A stretch of 64,000 nt of DNA from Callorhinchus milii (Eukaryota), in the NCBI RefSeq assembly GCF_018977255.1, contig NW_024704742.1:60762001-60826000 (forward strand), in the 5' to 3' direction. Both the position numbers and the translations under genes were made by a program. This document shows, one piece after another, positions 50,881 to 64,000 of the stretch. The notes under the pieces were generated by a model. The model did no database searches. It was not told the DNA's origin and saw only the letters and a program-made list of their open reading frames with translations. The first letter of the stretch is position 1. Every line of letters starts with the position of its first letter.

Positions 50881-52684
50881 CCTTGGAATTGTAGAGCATT
50901 ATCATTTTAATAGGACAGAAACATCTGGAGTGCAAAGTACAGTGTTGTCGGCGTTACAAAAACAAATCTGTCAGGTTTTAGAGAGCTGCATTTCAAACCA
51001 ATTCCTGGGCTGAGCCAAATATCATATGCAAGTTTTTACATCCCATTAAAGGCAGCTAGACCAAATTAATTCTTGTGTTTTACAAGGTGATTGCCGTAAC
51101 TTGACGCTAGTAAAATAAAGCAGCTCCAATTGCATTCATTCATCACAACTCTGACCAGGCACAATTTATGACTTTGGTTTCTCCAAGAGGAAGGACTATT
51201 AATTGCTGGTTAAGATTAAGATATGTATGGTCAAGATTTTCAGCAGCTAGATTCCTGAAGAATGTTTATGATACAAAAATACAAGGACTTGCAAGAAGCA
51301 GCTTAAATAGCTTCCTGCCAAAGACGTTATGCTTAGTTAAGTGTTAGTATGTCAGCGTGCTGTGTTGTGCGGCATAATTCCTCTTGCCAATTTGTTTGTG
51401 GGAAAAAGTTGCCAAAATGTCATGTAGCTGGAGAGCTAAGGAAGTGCAGTTCATGAAAGAAAAACAAAAAAAAAGGGCTGCATTGTTTTCTAGATTAGTG
51501 AGGCGTTGTTCTTTTTGTGGTACCAGTCTGGATTCTGCATACAAACTCCCAGTGGACTGTAACTCATCTCTAGGTTTCCTGTGCAAGTTGTCACAAACTT
51601 GTAGCTGACTTGCATTGCTGCCAAAACATTAAGAGTAGAATGTACACCAACTATAATGAAACCGCTCTGCTCTCTTGATCTACAGTCTGACTGGAATCAT
51701 AGTGTTAGCTTAGATGTGCTGCATTGCACAAGCTAACAACAAAAGCTTGGAATGAGAAAAGGCCATTTGGCCCATCAATCCTGTTCCTTCCACAGACACT
51801 GAAAATCCTTGTGGGGTCCACCCCATATCCCCACTCTTCCAATTCTTTATTGAAACTTAGAAAACACATTTTTTCACAGAAACAGTTGATTTGGCCCAGA
51901 GATCTCTCTGATCCACAAGATAATGATTCACAAATATTCATTTTAGTCTACTGTTCAAGTTTAGCCTGCTACTCTCCACAAAGAATATTTCCCTTTCTCA
52001 GCCCAGAAGCACAGAAACCACTGGATCCAGTTTAGTATGCGTTTGTCTCAGTTTACACCGATCCCTATATCCTACAAGTTATTTCCCAATCAGATACTTA
52101 CCAGTATCTGGCAACTGGGGTAAATTAAAATATAATCTGTATTTTTTGACTTGATGTACTAATTGTGATGTCTGTTTATGAATGTAAAAAGATATCTAAT
52201 ATGTGATGTTCACAAGGTTTCTAAAAGTTAGCAAAATGCAGCAACAACAACAACTTGCATTTATATAACATCCTTCATGCAGGGTAGCATCTCAGGGCTT
52301 AACAGTGGCAGAGCTTAACGCCAAGTCAGGGAGGCCAGAGCCAACTCAGCAAAATGAAAGAAAAGACAAAAGAGGAATACTCAATTCCAACACCAAACCC
52401 CAAATGTTCTGCAAGTTGACTTTTTTTCCTTCCCATTCCAAATGTATGCCTCCTTTCCTGAAGATGAATATGAAAGTATGAAAAACAAGTAGAAGATTTT
52501 GCCTACTTTATAATATATCCAGTGAGACGTTTCGATGGCATAATAAGGCATTGTATCAACTGCAAGCATTATTATTATTATTTATTATTGTTGAGAATGG
52601 GATTGGATAGTTCACATATAGAAAAACACAAACTCAAACTTGATTGGCTGAATGGTCTGTATCTATTTTGACTCACATTGGAAA

Positions 52685-52999
52685 GGAGTCCTGTAGCTCA
52701 GTGGTTAGAGCACTCGCTTTGCAAGTGAGAGGCCTGAGTTCAATTCCAGGCAGAGGGCGAAGCCTTGGGCAAGTTTCCTTACTCCACACAGAGCCTAATA
52801 ATATTCCCTCCAAAAAAATGCAATAATAAATTGGTCATTTTCAATCCATGACTGGGACATTGCTGTGCACTATTTGGCTGCCGCGTTCACCCACAAATAT
52901 ACAGTCAATTCACTTTACAGTATATTCTGTGAAGCGCTTTGGGACGTCTAGAAGACGTGAAAAGCGCTATATCAACTGCAAGGATTATTATTATTATTA
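52685..52999 (+). mobile_element. tRNA-derived SINE, short form
   Basis: Full head ggagtcctgtagctcagtggttagagcactcgctttgcaagtgagagg; hairpin gacgtctagaagacgt; (TTA)n tail. Confidence 0.92.
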
Positions 53000-55900
53000 A
53001 CATGGTTCCTAGACGCTAACAGCCATCAGGAGACTGAGGTACTGGGAAAGTTACCCATTGGGAGAGTGAGATATCAGGAGATCAAGATATCGGGGAGACT
53101 GAGTTAAGGAGAGGGAGATATCAGAGAGCTGTCATCGGGTGGATCTAAAACTTGAATCATAGAACCATAGAAATTTACAGTACCGAAGAAAGCCATTTGA
53201 CTTTCTTTTTGAAAGAAGAACCCATTCAGTCCTATTTACTCGCCTATTCCGCATACCTATGTAAATTATTTATACAACCATAGAAGTTCATAGAAATGCA
53301 CAATCAGGCTGTGAATTTGTAAAATAATCAAATTTTCCACCGTGCACTTAAATGGACAATTTCAACTCTGTCAAGAGCAATTTCCACAGTTTCACAAGGC
53401 ATAGCATGGAAACAGTGAACTAAACCTGGTCAACTAAAGACATCAGTCAACTGAACCTTGTTAATGTTATCAGTCTTACAAAGACAACAGCTAAACTTGA
53501 CAATCACATGCCGCATTACACCAGCTATTCTGTTTAATCCACTGAAACCTAGGCTCATGAATGAAGAATGGGTGAGATATCAGACACAACTGTACCTCAG
53601 CATGAATCAGCGGCTTCAGGAGCAGAGGGGAGACATCGGAGGGGGAAATAAAAATCTTTCAGTGCTCAAAAAAGCTTCAGATCTTTTCTCAGCAAAATGT
53701 ATGACAGACCCCACTTGGTTTCAATTAGAAGATAGTCTTTGAATTTGTCTTCTTTCTAATTGTGTGAAAACGTTCAAGAGAAAGTCTAGCAAAGATATAC
53801 ATGAAAATTGATGAAAGTAAGCCTGGATATGATCCTCTCTCCATTCAAAGAAGCCAGAGTTCGAGTAGCTAGCTATTAATCTGCAGACAGGTCCAGAGAA
53901 AATATTTGCTTTTGAGATGGCAGCTTTCATGGGCCGATTGATTTGTCCTGCTCGCAGTATGCAAACGCGATCACATGTTGTGAAAGAACTTTTGGAAATC
54001 TTTAAAATGCGTATTTCCTTCTGGCTAATTGTCCCATTGCTGTGACATTCTCAAGGGCCGAAGAAAACTGGCAAGAAAGAGCAGAAAACCTGGTGACTTG
54101 TACCTTTATTGTTGGGTAGATATAATATCCAGAGCAAGAGGAGCCAAGTGCTCCCCCACAGTTTGAAACTGAATCAGCCCAACATTCAATCCTGAAAATC
54201 CAGAATATATTTTCCAATTTAACCCCTCATTAGCTTCCTCCCCTCTGGCAAGTTTCACGACATGAAAACAGAACTTGTCTTTTATCACATCAAAATGTTT
54301 CACAGGTAATTACTGTTAAGTGTATTGACTGCAACAGTTATTTGTTCCAGGAAGGTCCCACATGCAGTTACGATCCATTAATCTGGTGGATTGTTGGGCA
54401 GCATAGACTCCTTTCTCTTCAAGTATAATCATGAGAACTTTAGTGCCCACCTGACCAAATAAACAGGACCTTGATTTAAGGCGTGACTAGAAGCAACTAT
54501 TAGAGAAGCCATGGCTCTTCAGTCTTTAAGGGAGATGTCCTGAGAGAGGATTAAGGAAAGTATATCAAAGTTTAAATGAGATAAAAACAGTAAATACATT
54601 ACAAAACTTTAAGATGCATCAAGACAGTAGAACAAGATGATGTAGGTTTAGAGTTGCAAAAGGCAATTTCAGGGTAGAAATTGGAACAGGAAGAGTGGTT
54701 GAGACCAGGATGCTCGACTCGTGTAAAACACAGCTTGATGCTGTGATTGGAAGATGGTAGGGTGAATATTCTGTAAGGATGAGATCTAACCAAAAGACCT
54801 TCTTCATCTAACCCAATCTTGTGATCTTGTGAATATTTTAACCTAGGCTATACCTAGACATGTTCTGACCCACTACGCCCCAAAACTCTGGAACACTCTC
54901 CCTCAATCCCTCCACCTTCCCATTTTTAGGTCATACCTGAATACCTTCCTCTTCAACCGTGCCTATGGTCACCTCCCCCTGGCTCAGCGTTGTGCTCGAT
55001 CACTGTCAAGCACTCTAGGACACTACCCTGCATGAGGGGTGTTATATAAATGCAAGTTGTTGTTGTTATATGATTTTGGATAATTTTATTGTAGTTTTAA
55101 CACTTAGCCTGCGCTGTACCCTTATCCACCAGTATCCATCACAATGTCAGTGGTTTACAGACAAGTAATGTTGATGACATGAGTTAAATAAAATCTTTTC
55201 CCATGTAAATAAATAACATGACAAGGCAGAGAGCTGTGGTAGCTGAGTGGTGAAACTAATTTGGATAGGCATGGAGTGAATTACCAGTGTGGGAGCTTTC
55301 AGAAACATAAAACCATAGAAATTTACAGCACAGAAGAAAGCCATTCAGCCTACCGCGTCTGTGTTAGCTCTTTTCAGAGCAATCCTTTCTGCCCCATTTA
55401 CCTGTCCTTTCCCTGTGGTTGAATCCTTGTTAAGGATTTATCCAGTTGCCTTCAAACGCTAATATGGATTCTGCCCCAACCACCACTCCCAGCAGGGAAT
55501 TCCATATCCGAACTGCTCTTGTGTTTTAGTTCGATTCTCCCATTATAAACTCCAATCACCAAGATTTGTCTGCGAAATAGGAGAGATTAACACATGATTT
55601 GTCTTTTCTTGTCTTGTTGAGCTCATATTGTTCAGGAAGGAAGGGCATCTAGAAACTGATTGTTTGAAATGAATTGAACTTTTGATCTGTATTTTCCATA
55701 TGGTTGGCAATGTCAATTGAATAAAATAATGATCTGCAACTGGCTTCTAAGTGCACAGAACTGTATCCAGAGCCAGGAGAAATTGGACCAAAGTTTGAGC
55801 AAAATTCCATGTGCTACATTAAGACTGTGGATAATGGCATTTCTTTTTATTGTCAATCTACAGTCTATTTGATTGCAGAAGACAAACAATTCATTCTAAC

Positions 55901-56708
55901 ACTGTTCAATTCTGCTTTGCATATCTGACCGATGGAATAAGTACGAATCAACTTCTGGTTTTCCTTTTTTTCTTTTACCTTTTCATCACCTTTTTCTTGA
56001 AGTTGCTAACGCACTAAAAAAAAATCCCTTCTCGATATCTGCTAATAAATCAATTATTTTTGTGCAAACATCTTTACTCTTTCTTGTTCCAAAGTGCATT
56101 ACCTTACTTTTAGCTGCTTTAAACTCAATCTGCCACTGCCTTGCCCATTCAGAGGTCCTGATCTTCTTTTCATCCTTGAATGTGTTCATTTAGCCAGAGA
56201 CTTGACATTATCAGCAAAGTACTGACCTCTAAAGTCATTTATGAATAGCATGACCTTAAGAAGTTCCAGAATAAACTCTTGCGGAACTCCACTGCCCTCT
56301 CCCTCAGTTTTAGACTTAGATTTATCATGTTTCCATTTCCACCATCCTGCTTTCCTAAATTGAGTAGCTGACACTTGCAGAAGCTTATTAGCACATGTAA
56401 GCACTGAGAGTTCCGTATGTATGCCATCTATACATGGGAATGTCTTTGTCCATAATCGAATGCACAACATCCCTGGAGGCATGTACCCTGTTTGCATTAT
56501 TCCGGATACTATTAGGTGTAGGTTGGCAAGAGCCAAAGCCTGGGAAATACAGAATGTGTGTTGCCGCTCTGCTCGAGTTTAACCAGTTAAAAATCTTAGC
56601 TTGCCATTGAGAGCGCTGACTGGCAAGCTTCTCGCTGTTTGTCCTACTGGGACCATACTACCTGTTAGGGCTTTGGTTTGCAGGGTTAACAGGATCTGAG
56701 TGTGAACA

Positions 56709-56943
56709 GAAACTTTGGGCAAGTTTCCTTACTCCACACGCCTGATAATAAGCCCTCAAAAAAANTTGGTCATTTCAATCCACGACTGTTTGTGGGACAC
56801 TGCTGTGTGCAATTGGCTGCCACATTTCGCCCACAAATATACAGTCAATTCACTTTACAGTCTATTCTGTGAAGTGCTTTGAGATGTCTATAAAACGTGA
56901 AAAGCACAATATCAAATGCAAGGATTATTATTATTATTATTAT
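56709..56943 (+). mobile_element. SINE, short form, lacking tRNA head
   Basis: Starts gaaactttgggcaagtttccttactccacacgcc and ends in (TTA)n; contains one N. Confidence 0.88.
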
Positions 56944-58237
56944 CCCTGCTCCTAGTGAAAATTTTAGATTGCGTCATCCATAGTCCACATTATCCACAGA
57001 ATGGAGCTTCCTTGAATAATTTAGTGCAAGAAAATAATTGCTTCCAAAGTGGGAAAGCAGTATGAAATAGGTTCAGTGTTTCACTGGCTTCTATTCCTAA
57101 ATAAAGTTCTATTTTAATCAACTCTTTGGTCTCCTCATGAACCTAGGAAAAAATAGCATGTCTCAACCCCTTACAGTGCATTCCAGGTATGATTTACCAT
57201 TGGATTTTTTTGAGCCTTGGAAAAAAATGAGCAAAAGACTATTTATTCTGGTTTCCACTTTCCTCAATAACCATTTAGTCTCTTTTGCTATACCTGTCTT
57301 AACAATCCATTTCTGAGAGGCATGACTGCATGGGGATGCCAAACAATTTCACAGAGAAACTTTACACTTTTTTGGTGCAAAACAGTAAATCTCATCTGTT
57401 ATCCTTATTTGCTGCATGTAATGTTTTTCAGCACTAATATTTTTTCCATGAGGGGCACATCTTAGGGTTTCACATTACTTCACCATTAATTGCAATATTT
57501 CTGACAGAGCAAATAGCCAAACTATGAAATATCTAAACTGTTAGCTCAACTACGTTGGGATTGCATTGTGTGTTCACAGAATGATAGATTACAAATTACA
57601 ATGTGCTGAAAATCAATCGCTGTTCATCATGTAAAGTACTTACAGATTGCAATTGCTATTATAGACTGTGGTGCTGACAATCAACATATAAATCAGACAG
57701 TCACCACTATAATTGTCATCTGGGATTATAATTTGCTAAAGTAAGCAGGAAAAGGCAAGGAGGATCATTATTGAATTGAAACATTTCCTGCCTTAAAAGC
57801 CCAGATAGCTTGATACATAAACTAAAATATCAGGTAGCTAGCTGTCTGGAAACTCACTAGCTGCAGAACTTGGATCATGAAATCCTCAGTTAAAATGGGA
57901 GCTTCTGTTAATTTTTACTTGATTTAAGTAAATTTAAATTTTACATTACAACAGGTGGTATCACAATTAACTATCAGACGTCGGGGTGGTGAAATTGTAG
58001 TGTAGCAGTACAATAATGGTGAGTGTTAACTGGTTTTCAACATCCATTCAAAGGTGTATTGTCATAGCTATTCTCACAGCATATCCTTCAGCTTCTCTGA
58101 TAGCTTGGTGTGTAAAGGCAGCACTAGAAGGTCACAGGCCTGGACCAACAGTCAAAGTTCTGGAATTGGTTTCAACGCCCTTGCAACACTTGTTCACATT
58201 TTTGATTGTGGTGTAGACCCCACCAGAGGGGAACACT

Positions 58238-58599
58238 ATAATAATAATCCTTGCATATAATGTGGCACCTTATCACATCGCTGCGACGTCTCAAAGCGCT
58301 TCATAGAATATACTGTAAAGTTAATTGACTATATTTTGTGAGCAAAATGCAGCAGCCAATTGCGCACAGCAGTCTCCCCCAAACAGTCGTGGATTGAGTA
58401 ACCACATTTTTTTTCAGGGTTTATTACCCCCGGAAAGCGATCCGCCAATCGACTAACAACCAGGTTCTCACTTACTGCTAGATAAACAGAAGCTTGTGGA
58501 GTAAGGAAATTTGCCTACGGTTTCTCCCTGCCTGGGAGTCGAACCTGAGCCACCTCACTAGGGCAAGTGCTCTATCTAATCACTAAGCTACAGAACTCC
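58238..58599 (-). mobile_element. tRNA-derived SINE, long form
   Basis: Reverse-complement copy with ccccggaaagcgatccgccaatcgactaacaaccaggttc. Confidence 0.88.
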
Positions 58600-58963
58600 A
58601 AACTAGAGTCAACTTATCTATTAATTAAACATATCAAAATATTTTATTAATTTACAAAAAATCTAATTCTGTATATCATTAAAAAATAATTAAGTAGTAT
58701 GGGGGAAAAGTGTTGTAAATGTGATAATTATCACAAGCCCAGAAAATGCAGTTGTTTAGTTCCTATGAGACATCCTTCTGATGTGAAAAGTACTATATAA
58801 ATGTAACTGCTGTATTGACCTTTAAAGCCTGCCTTTGACGACAGTTATTGGAGTGAGCACAGTTTAGATTTTTTTCCTCCTGAGATAATAGTAAATTCAT
58901 CAGAATATTCTCTATAATTACTGAATAGTTTAAATAACCTATCTATTCTCATTTCCTTCACAG

Positions 58964-59076
58964 TTGTCATAAGACCAACAAAACCTGTTCCAAAAATCAC
59001 ACCTGGAATAATTATTTCTGCAGATGTGTCTTGCAGCACGACTTCAGCAGTTTTATGCCCCCAAAAAGGGATACAG
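58964..59076 (+). CDS. VEGFC: VEGF-C coding exon equivalent to human exon 5 (start of Cys-rich C-terminal propeptide); mostly missed by the ORF track
   Basis: Hand translation (D)CHKTNKTCSKNHTWNNYFCRCVLQHDFSSFMPPKRDT matches human CQAANKTCPTNYMWNNHICRCLAQEDF. Acceptor ttccttcacag ends at 58963; donor gtcagt starts at 59077. 113 nt, phase 2 to 1, compatible with the previous exon. Confidence 0.93.
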
Positions 59077-59221
59077 GTCAGTGTACTCATATATTTTTGG
59101 TAGATGGGCATCAGACACATGCAGAAACCCATCGCCATGTTAAGAGTATTCAGACCAAACTGAGAATTCCATATAAGCCACCTGCACAGGGTAATGACCA
59201 TGTCTCAAATGGAATATATAA

Positions 59222-59528
59222 TATAATAATCCTTGCATTTGATACAGTGCTTTTCACATTTTCTAGACGTCTCAAAGCGCTTCACAGAATATACTGTAAA
59301 GTGAATTGACTATATGTGAGGGCAAATGCGTTAGCCAATTGCACACAGCAGTGTCCCACAATCCACATTGGATTGAAGTGATCAATTTTGTATTGCTTTT
59401 TTTTCTTGAGGGATTATTATCAGGCGTTTGGAGGAAGGAAACTTGCCCAGGGTTTCACCCTGCCAGTTATCGAACCCAGGTCTCTTGCTTGGGAGGCGAG
59501 TGCTCTAACCACTGAGCTACAGGACTCC
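59222..59528 (-). mobile_element. tRNA-derived SINE, short form, nested in the unclassified repeat about 145 bp downstream of VEGFC exon 5
   Basis: Full-length reverse-complement copy ending actgagctacaggactcc. Confidence 0.9.
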
Positions 59529-62055
59529 ACGAGTCCTAGTGTGTTCCTATTCTCTCCCTGAAGGAATGCATTCTGATTGCTGAATTTCAGAGTATTAGGC
59601 ACAAATTAACAAGAGTCATTGCTGGTCGATTCCAATGTGTGCATTGAGGTACTGCTGGAGCTTAACCAGCTAAAACTACTTAGCTAAAATCATTGTTTTT
59701 CCAGCTAAAACCACCCTGCACATCATTGAGGTGTATCAAAGTGCTTCACAGGATTTTACTGTAAAATGTAGTGACCGTGTATTTTTGTGGCTCAGTATGG
59801 CAGCTAATTTGCATACAGCAGTGTTCCACAAACAGCCATGAAGTGTATGATCAATTTTATATGGCTAGAACAGGGAGAGAAATCACTTTATCTTTTCAAA
59901 TAGTGCCACAAGATCTTTATTTAACGTCCATCTGAATAGACAGACAGCATCTCAGTTTAACATTTCATCTAAAGGACAGTATCTCCAACACTGCAGTGGT
60001 ACCTCAGTCCTCCACTGGAGTATCAGCCTAGACTGTAAGTTCAAAGTCCCAACTTCGGGCTTGAAGGAACAATCTAGTTACTCAGAGCCAGAACACCTCC
60101 ACTTGAGCCAGGCTGCCAGGTTAATTCCTCAACTCTCCCAAACACATTGTATTAGGAATGTGGAAGAAGCAATCAATAGAAGTAACTAATGTCTTGATTG
60201 ACTCCTTTAAAAAAGATCTTGAGTACATTAGTGGAAGATTTAGGAGTACCTAAGGACATAACAAAATGACCAGCACCAGTCTAAAGTGCACACAACCTGT
60301 TCAAATCTTTATTCAGTGTGGGAAAGCTATATATGATCTTTCAATGTGACCTTTTACTCCACTTTAACAAAGAACTTGCATTTTTAGTGTCCAGTCACAA
60401 TTAAAATACCTCAAAGCTCTACTAGTGACTGTTAACTGCAGCCACTGTCATTGTGGTCAGGCACAGTAGGGCAGAGAGGAAATTGGAAGCAGCAGAGCAT
60501 GTGCGGATGAAGAAATGGAAAGAATTCAACAGCCAAAACCAAACAAGACAGAGGATATAAACTACAGGACCCCCAATAAAATGCATCTGGAAATAGGTGG
60601 AAATAGATGAGATTCTTAATATTTAAAGGAGCTTTTTGTTTCTCCTCATTGTATTAGAAACACAGTATAAAATCTCAGTAAGAACTACTGATTTGTCTTT
60701 TGACTCCTTCAAAAGGGAACTTGAGAACATTGGTGGAAGATTTGGGGATAATGACATCATGAAATGTTACATAGTAGACAATGATTTCTGTGCTGCTGGG
60801 AGGAGAGGGGAGAAGAGACTGTTGTCTGTGGAGGGGAAAGCACTATGGTTGAATGGTTGAGTTGTGGGGGTTGGATCAATATCCTCGAGTTCTTCCTTGA
60901 TTGCCTTTGTGGTTCCTGGAGTATCTTTCTGGTAGTTTTCTTTAGGAGATGAAATAAGTTCAGTGAATTCCCTGACAATGTAGATTTTGAATAATAAATG
61001 ATAATAATCCTGCATTTGATATAGTACCTTATCACGTCTTCGAGACATCTCAAAGTGCTTCACAGGTTATGCTGTAAAGTGGATTGACACTATATTTTGT
61101 GGGTGAAACGCAGCAGCCAATTGCACACAGCGGTGTCCCACAAACAGTCATGGATCGAGTGACCAAGTCATTATTGTTATTTTTTTAATGGAATAGCCAT
61201 GGGACAAGTGAATCTGATGGGTCAAGTGCCCTTGTCTTGTTCCATGCTTTTTTATGTTCTTATATTGTTGGTCTATTGACTCTTATCCCCTCTGCATCCC
61301 TTAGCTCAACAGCTGTAATCACTCCTATTGCTGCTGCAGTATTGTCTTACATAGATTCTAAACTTTACTCTTTATTTTAACAGTGGTATGATTTGCCAAA
61401 ATCAACACCAAAATGTTATTTTGCATAACGTGCACCAAGATTTGTTTTTCAAACTAATTCTTTGTTTCGCATTTGAAAGCATCACACACACAGCGATAGA
61501 CAGAGGATGGCAAGACCATTGAATGCCCCAGTTATGTAATACTTTTAGTGTTGATTTTAGCATAACATCAATTTCAGTCAGGCATTCTTGGAGTTTTCCA
61601 CAAATATTAAAAATAATAATTCTTGCATTTGATGTAACGACTTTCACCTCAGGAGGTGTTTGAAAGGAGTCACTGTAAAGTGTATTTGCACACTATCTCA
61701 GCTTTCAAATGGCACACAGCAAAGTCCCAGCCATGAAATACATGATCAATTTTATCTGGGAGATTGGTGGACCACCCACAGGGAGAAACCTCTTTCTTAT
61801 TATCAGGACACAATGCCAAGGTCAGAAAATCTGTCAACGATTCACAGTTCACCCCCCCAAATCCTCCTGAGATATTTAGTTGGGTAACCAAAGGGACAGC
61901 TTCTTTTCTGAATCATTTGGATACAGTTTTTGCGAACTAAGCAATTAAAGCATATCATCAGCAGCAACAACAACAAGATTAGATTTGTATAAATAAAGTG
62001 GTGTCGCTTGAACATTGAGGGTAAATCTCTTCTGGCCCTGGATATATCTATATTG

Positions 62056-62467
62056 TTCGAATTCAAGATCCTCATTCTCACCTACAAGGCCATTCACGGC
62101 CTTGCTCCCTCCTACCTCTCCGACCTACTATCCCCCTACTTACCTGCCCGTACCCTCCGTTCCTCTGGCTCCGGTCTTCTCCACATCCCCCGCCCTAATC
62201 GCCCTACCATCGGTGGCCGGGCCTTCAGCCTCTCAGCCCCCAGGCTCTGGAACTCCATCCCCCAGTGCCTTCGCCGCTTCCTCCCTTTCCTCCTTCAAGG
62301 CCCGTCTTCAGCTCCCCTCTCGACTCTCTACCCCCTCCTCGCTCCTTCCCTTCCCTCCCCTCACCCTGACCATTTCCCCCCTGCTCGGGTCCTGACCCAA
62401 CAGTCCAGTGCCTTGGGACGTCCTCCCGACGTGAAAGGCACTCTATAAATGGAATCTTGTTGTTGTT
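62056..62467 (+). mobile_element. L2 LINE 3' end, young; sister of 2911-3780
   Basis: FKILILTYKAIHGLAPSYLSDLLSPYLPARTLRSSGSGLLHIPRPNRPTIGGRAFSLSAPRLWNSIP is nearly identical to the 2911-3780 copy; same 3' UTR and (TTG)n tail. Confidence 0.95.
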
Positions 62468-63577
62468 TGCATGTCCACTAATGATAACCTTGACCAGTAT
62501 CTGTTGCTACTAAACATATAAATGTTTGTTGTTGTTGTTAAATAAGAAATTAATTGGGGCTGAAAATGTAACATCCATATGGTGGATCTCTAAATTTCTC
62601 TGCCTTGCACCCTCTTTTTCGCTTTCAACACCCTTCTAAAAACCTTCTTCTTTCATAACATCACAAGATTGGTTTGGATAAAGAAGAGATTTCATTCATC
62701 CAGTTTACCTACCTGCCATCTTCCCAACACAGCATCAAGATTGTTTTAAATGAATCCAATGCCCCAGCTTCAATTGCCCTTCCTGGCAACCTGTTCCAGT
62801 CTTTGATTATCCTCTGCATAAATAAATACTTCCTTGTATCTGTCCTGAAATGTCTCTTTGGAACTCTTACTTTTTCAATCCCATTTCAAATCCATACGGT
62901 CCCTTCTGAAACATTTCCTTTTAAGAATGAAGAGCCCAAGTTTGTTGTGTTTTGCCCATTGTTGCTCGTAGCTTATTCCTCTAAGGCAACTTCTTTAGTC
63001 ATCTCCACCCCAATGCCCCCCTCCCCCAACTCCAACACTGCTCAAACACCCTTCTCCCCACTCCAAAGTTCTTTGAGTCATTGAAATATGTGAAAGCTGC
63101 TATGTAAGAACAAGTTGTTGTAGTAGATTTGCAAATAGAGAATCTTAACAATAACAATATGTGGGAATGGTACTCCAACTTATCCCAAGTAATTGATTAT
63201 TCACCACTTCCTGAAGGTTTCCAGCCAATACCACAATACATTAACTCATAATATAAAAGCACGTAAAGTGCATTGAGAAGATATGGGATCTTTTTGCAGT
63301 AGACAGCTCAACAGACCTGTGCTGACTGTTTTGAGCTGAGCCCAATCCCAACTCTCCTCTTCCCCTCATAGTGTGACAACTCCCTTTAGAAGAGCAACAT
63401 CCAAGACCAAAAAACAATTGATTTTGTAAAATTGGCAGCTTGTGTAAAACAGTTTGGGCCTGAAAAATAGATAGCATTATCAACACTTTATTCTTTGAAG
63501 CGCAACATGAAGCCAGATAATGCTTTGGCAGGAGATGCAATTATTAAGGTTTTCTTTCTTGAGTCTCACCTCTGAGA

Positions 63578-64000
63578 ACATAGATTCATAGATTCATAGA
63601 ATGTTACGGCACAGAAGGAGGCCATTCGGCCCATCGAGTCTGTGCCGGCTCTTTGACAGAGCAAATTACTTTCACTAACCCCACTCACCAGCTTTCTCCC
63701 CATAACCCTGCAAACCCGTCTTCCCCGGATACCTATCCAGTTCTCTCTTAAAAGCTGTTATCGAATCGGACTTCACTACCCTTTCAGGCAGATCATTCCA
63801 AATTCGAACAACTCGCTGAGTGAAAAAAATTCTTCTAACCTTCCCTCTGCTTCTTTTGGTAGATATCTTCAGACTGTGACCACGGGTCACAGACACACCT
63901 ACCAGCGGAAACAGTTTTTCCTTATCTAGCCTGTCGAAACCTTTCATGATCTTGAAGACCTCTATCGGGTCCCCGCGTAACCTTCTCTGCTCTAATGGGA
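63578..64000 (-). mobile_element. CR1 LINE 3' end, young; continues beyond the window
   Basis: MKGFDRLDKEKLFPLVGVSVTRGHSLKI...RRIFFTQRVVRIWNDLPERVVKSDSITAFKRELDRY, then a 3' UTR with gatgggccgaatggcctccttctgtgccgtaac and an 8-nt tail repeat (attctatg/aatctatg). Confidence 0.93.

Noticed and set aside
60193..60760. Direct repeat ttgactcctt.aaaa..ga.cttgag.acatt.gtggaagattt at about 60197 and 60700
   Set aside because: Both resemble the CR1 3' end (DSFKRELD) and are explained as two decayed CR1 pieces.
59077..64000. VEGFC exons 6-7 (CxCxC silk-homology repeats)
   Set aside because: No CGP...CQCVC-type repeats seen; presumably downstream of the window.

Overview
This is vertebrate genomic DNA, about 40% GC by eye and dense in repeats. 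The repeat landscape (tRNA-headed SINEs with a Deu-like domain, L2 and CR1 LINEs) suggests a cartilaginous fish, possibly a chimaera; that assignment is inference. The only host gene I can support is a + strand VEGFC-type gene. Four consecutive coding exons (equivalent to human exons 2-5) lie at 36994-37210, 42811-43001, 48469-48620 and 58964-59076, all with AG/GT boundaries and compatible phases. They splice into one 673-nt frame covering the N-propeptide, the complete cystine-knot VEGF homology domain, the RR|S convertase site and the first Cys-rich C-propeptide exon. I did not find exon 1 or exons 6-7, so 1-36993 is probably intron 1 and 59077-64000 intron 5. Nearly all other ORFs in the track are transposon remnants or noise. 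I found no convincing new protein-coding system. The most interesting observations concern mobile DNA: (i) a SINE subfamily whose 3' stem-loop matches the youngest L2 copies, (ii) a recurring unclassified repeat with traces of an ancestral reading frame, (iii) a family of AT-rich foldback elements, (iv) inverted SINE pairs bracketing the VEGFC exons, and (v) an L2 with an internal inversion bounded by inverted microhomologies. Repeat boundaries were read by eye and are approximate.
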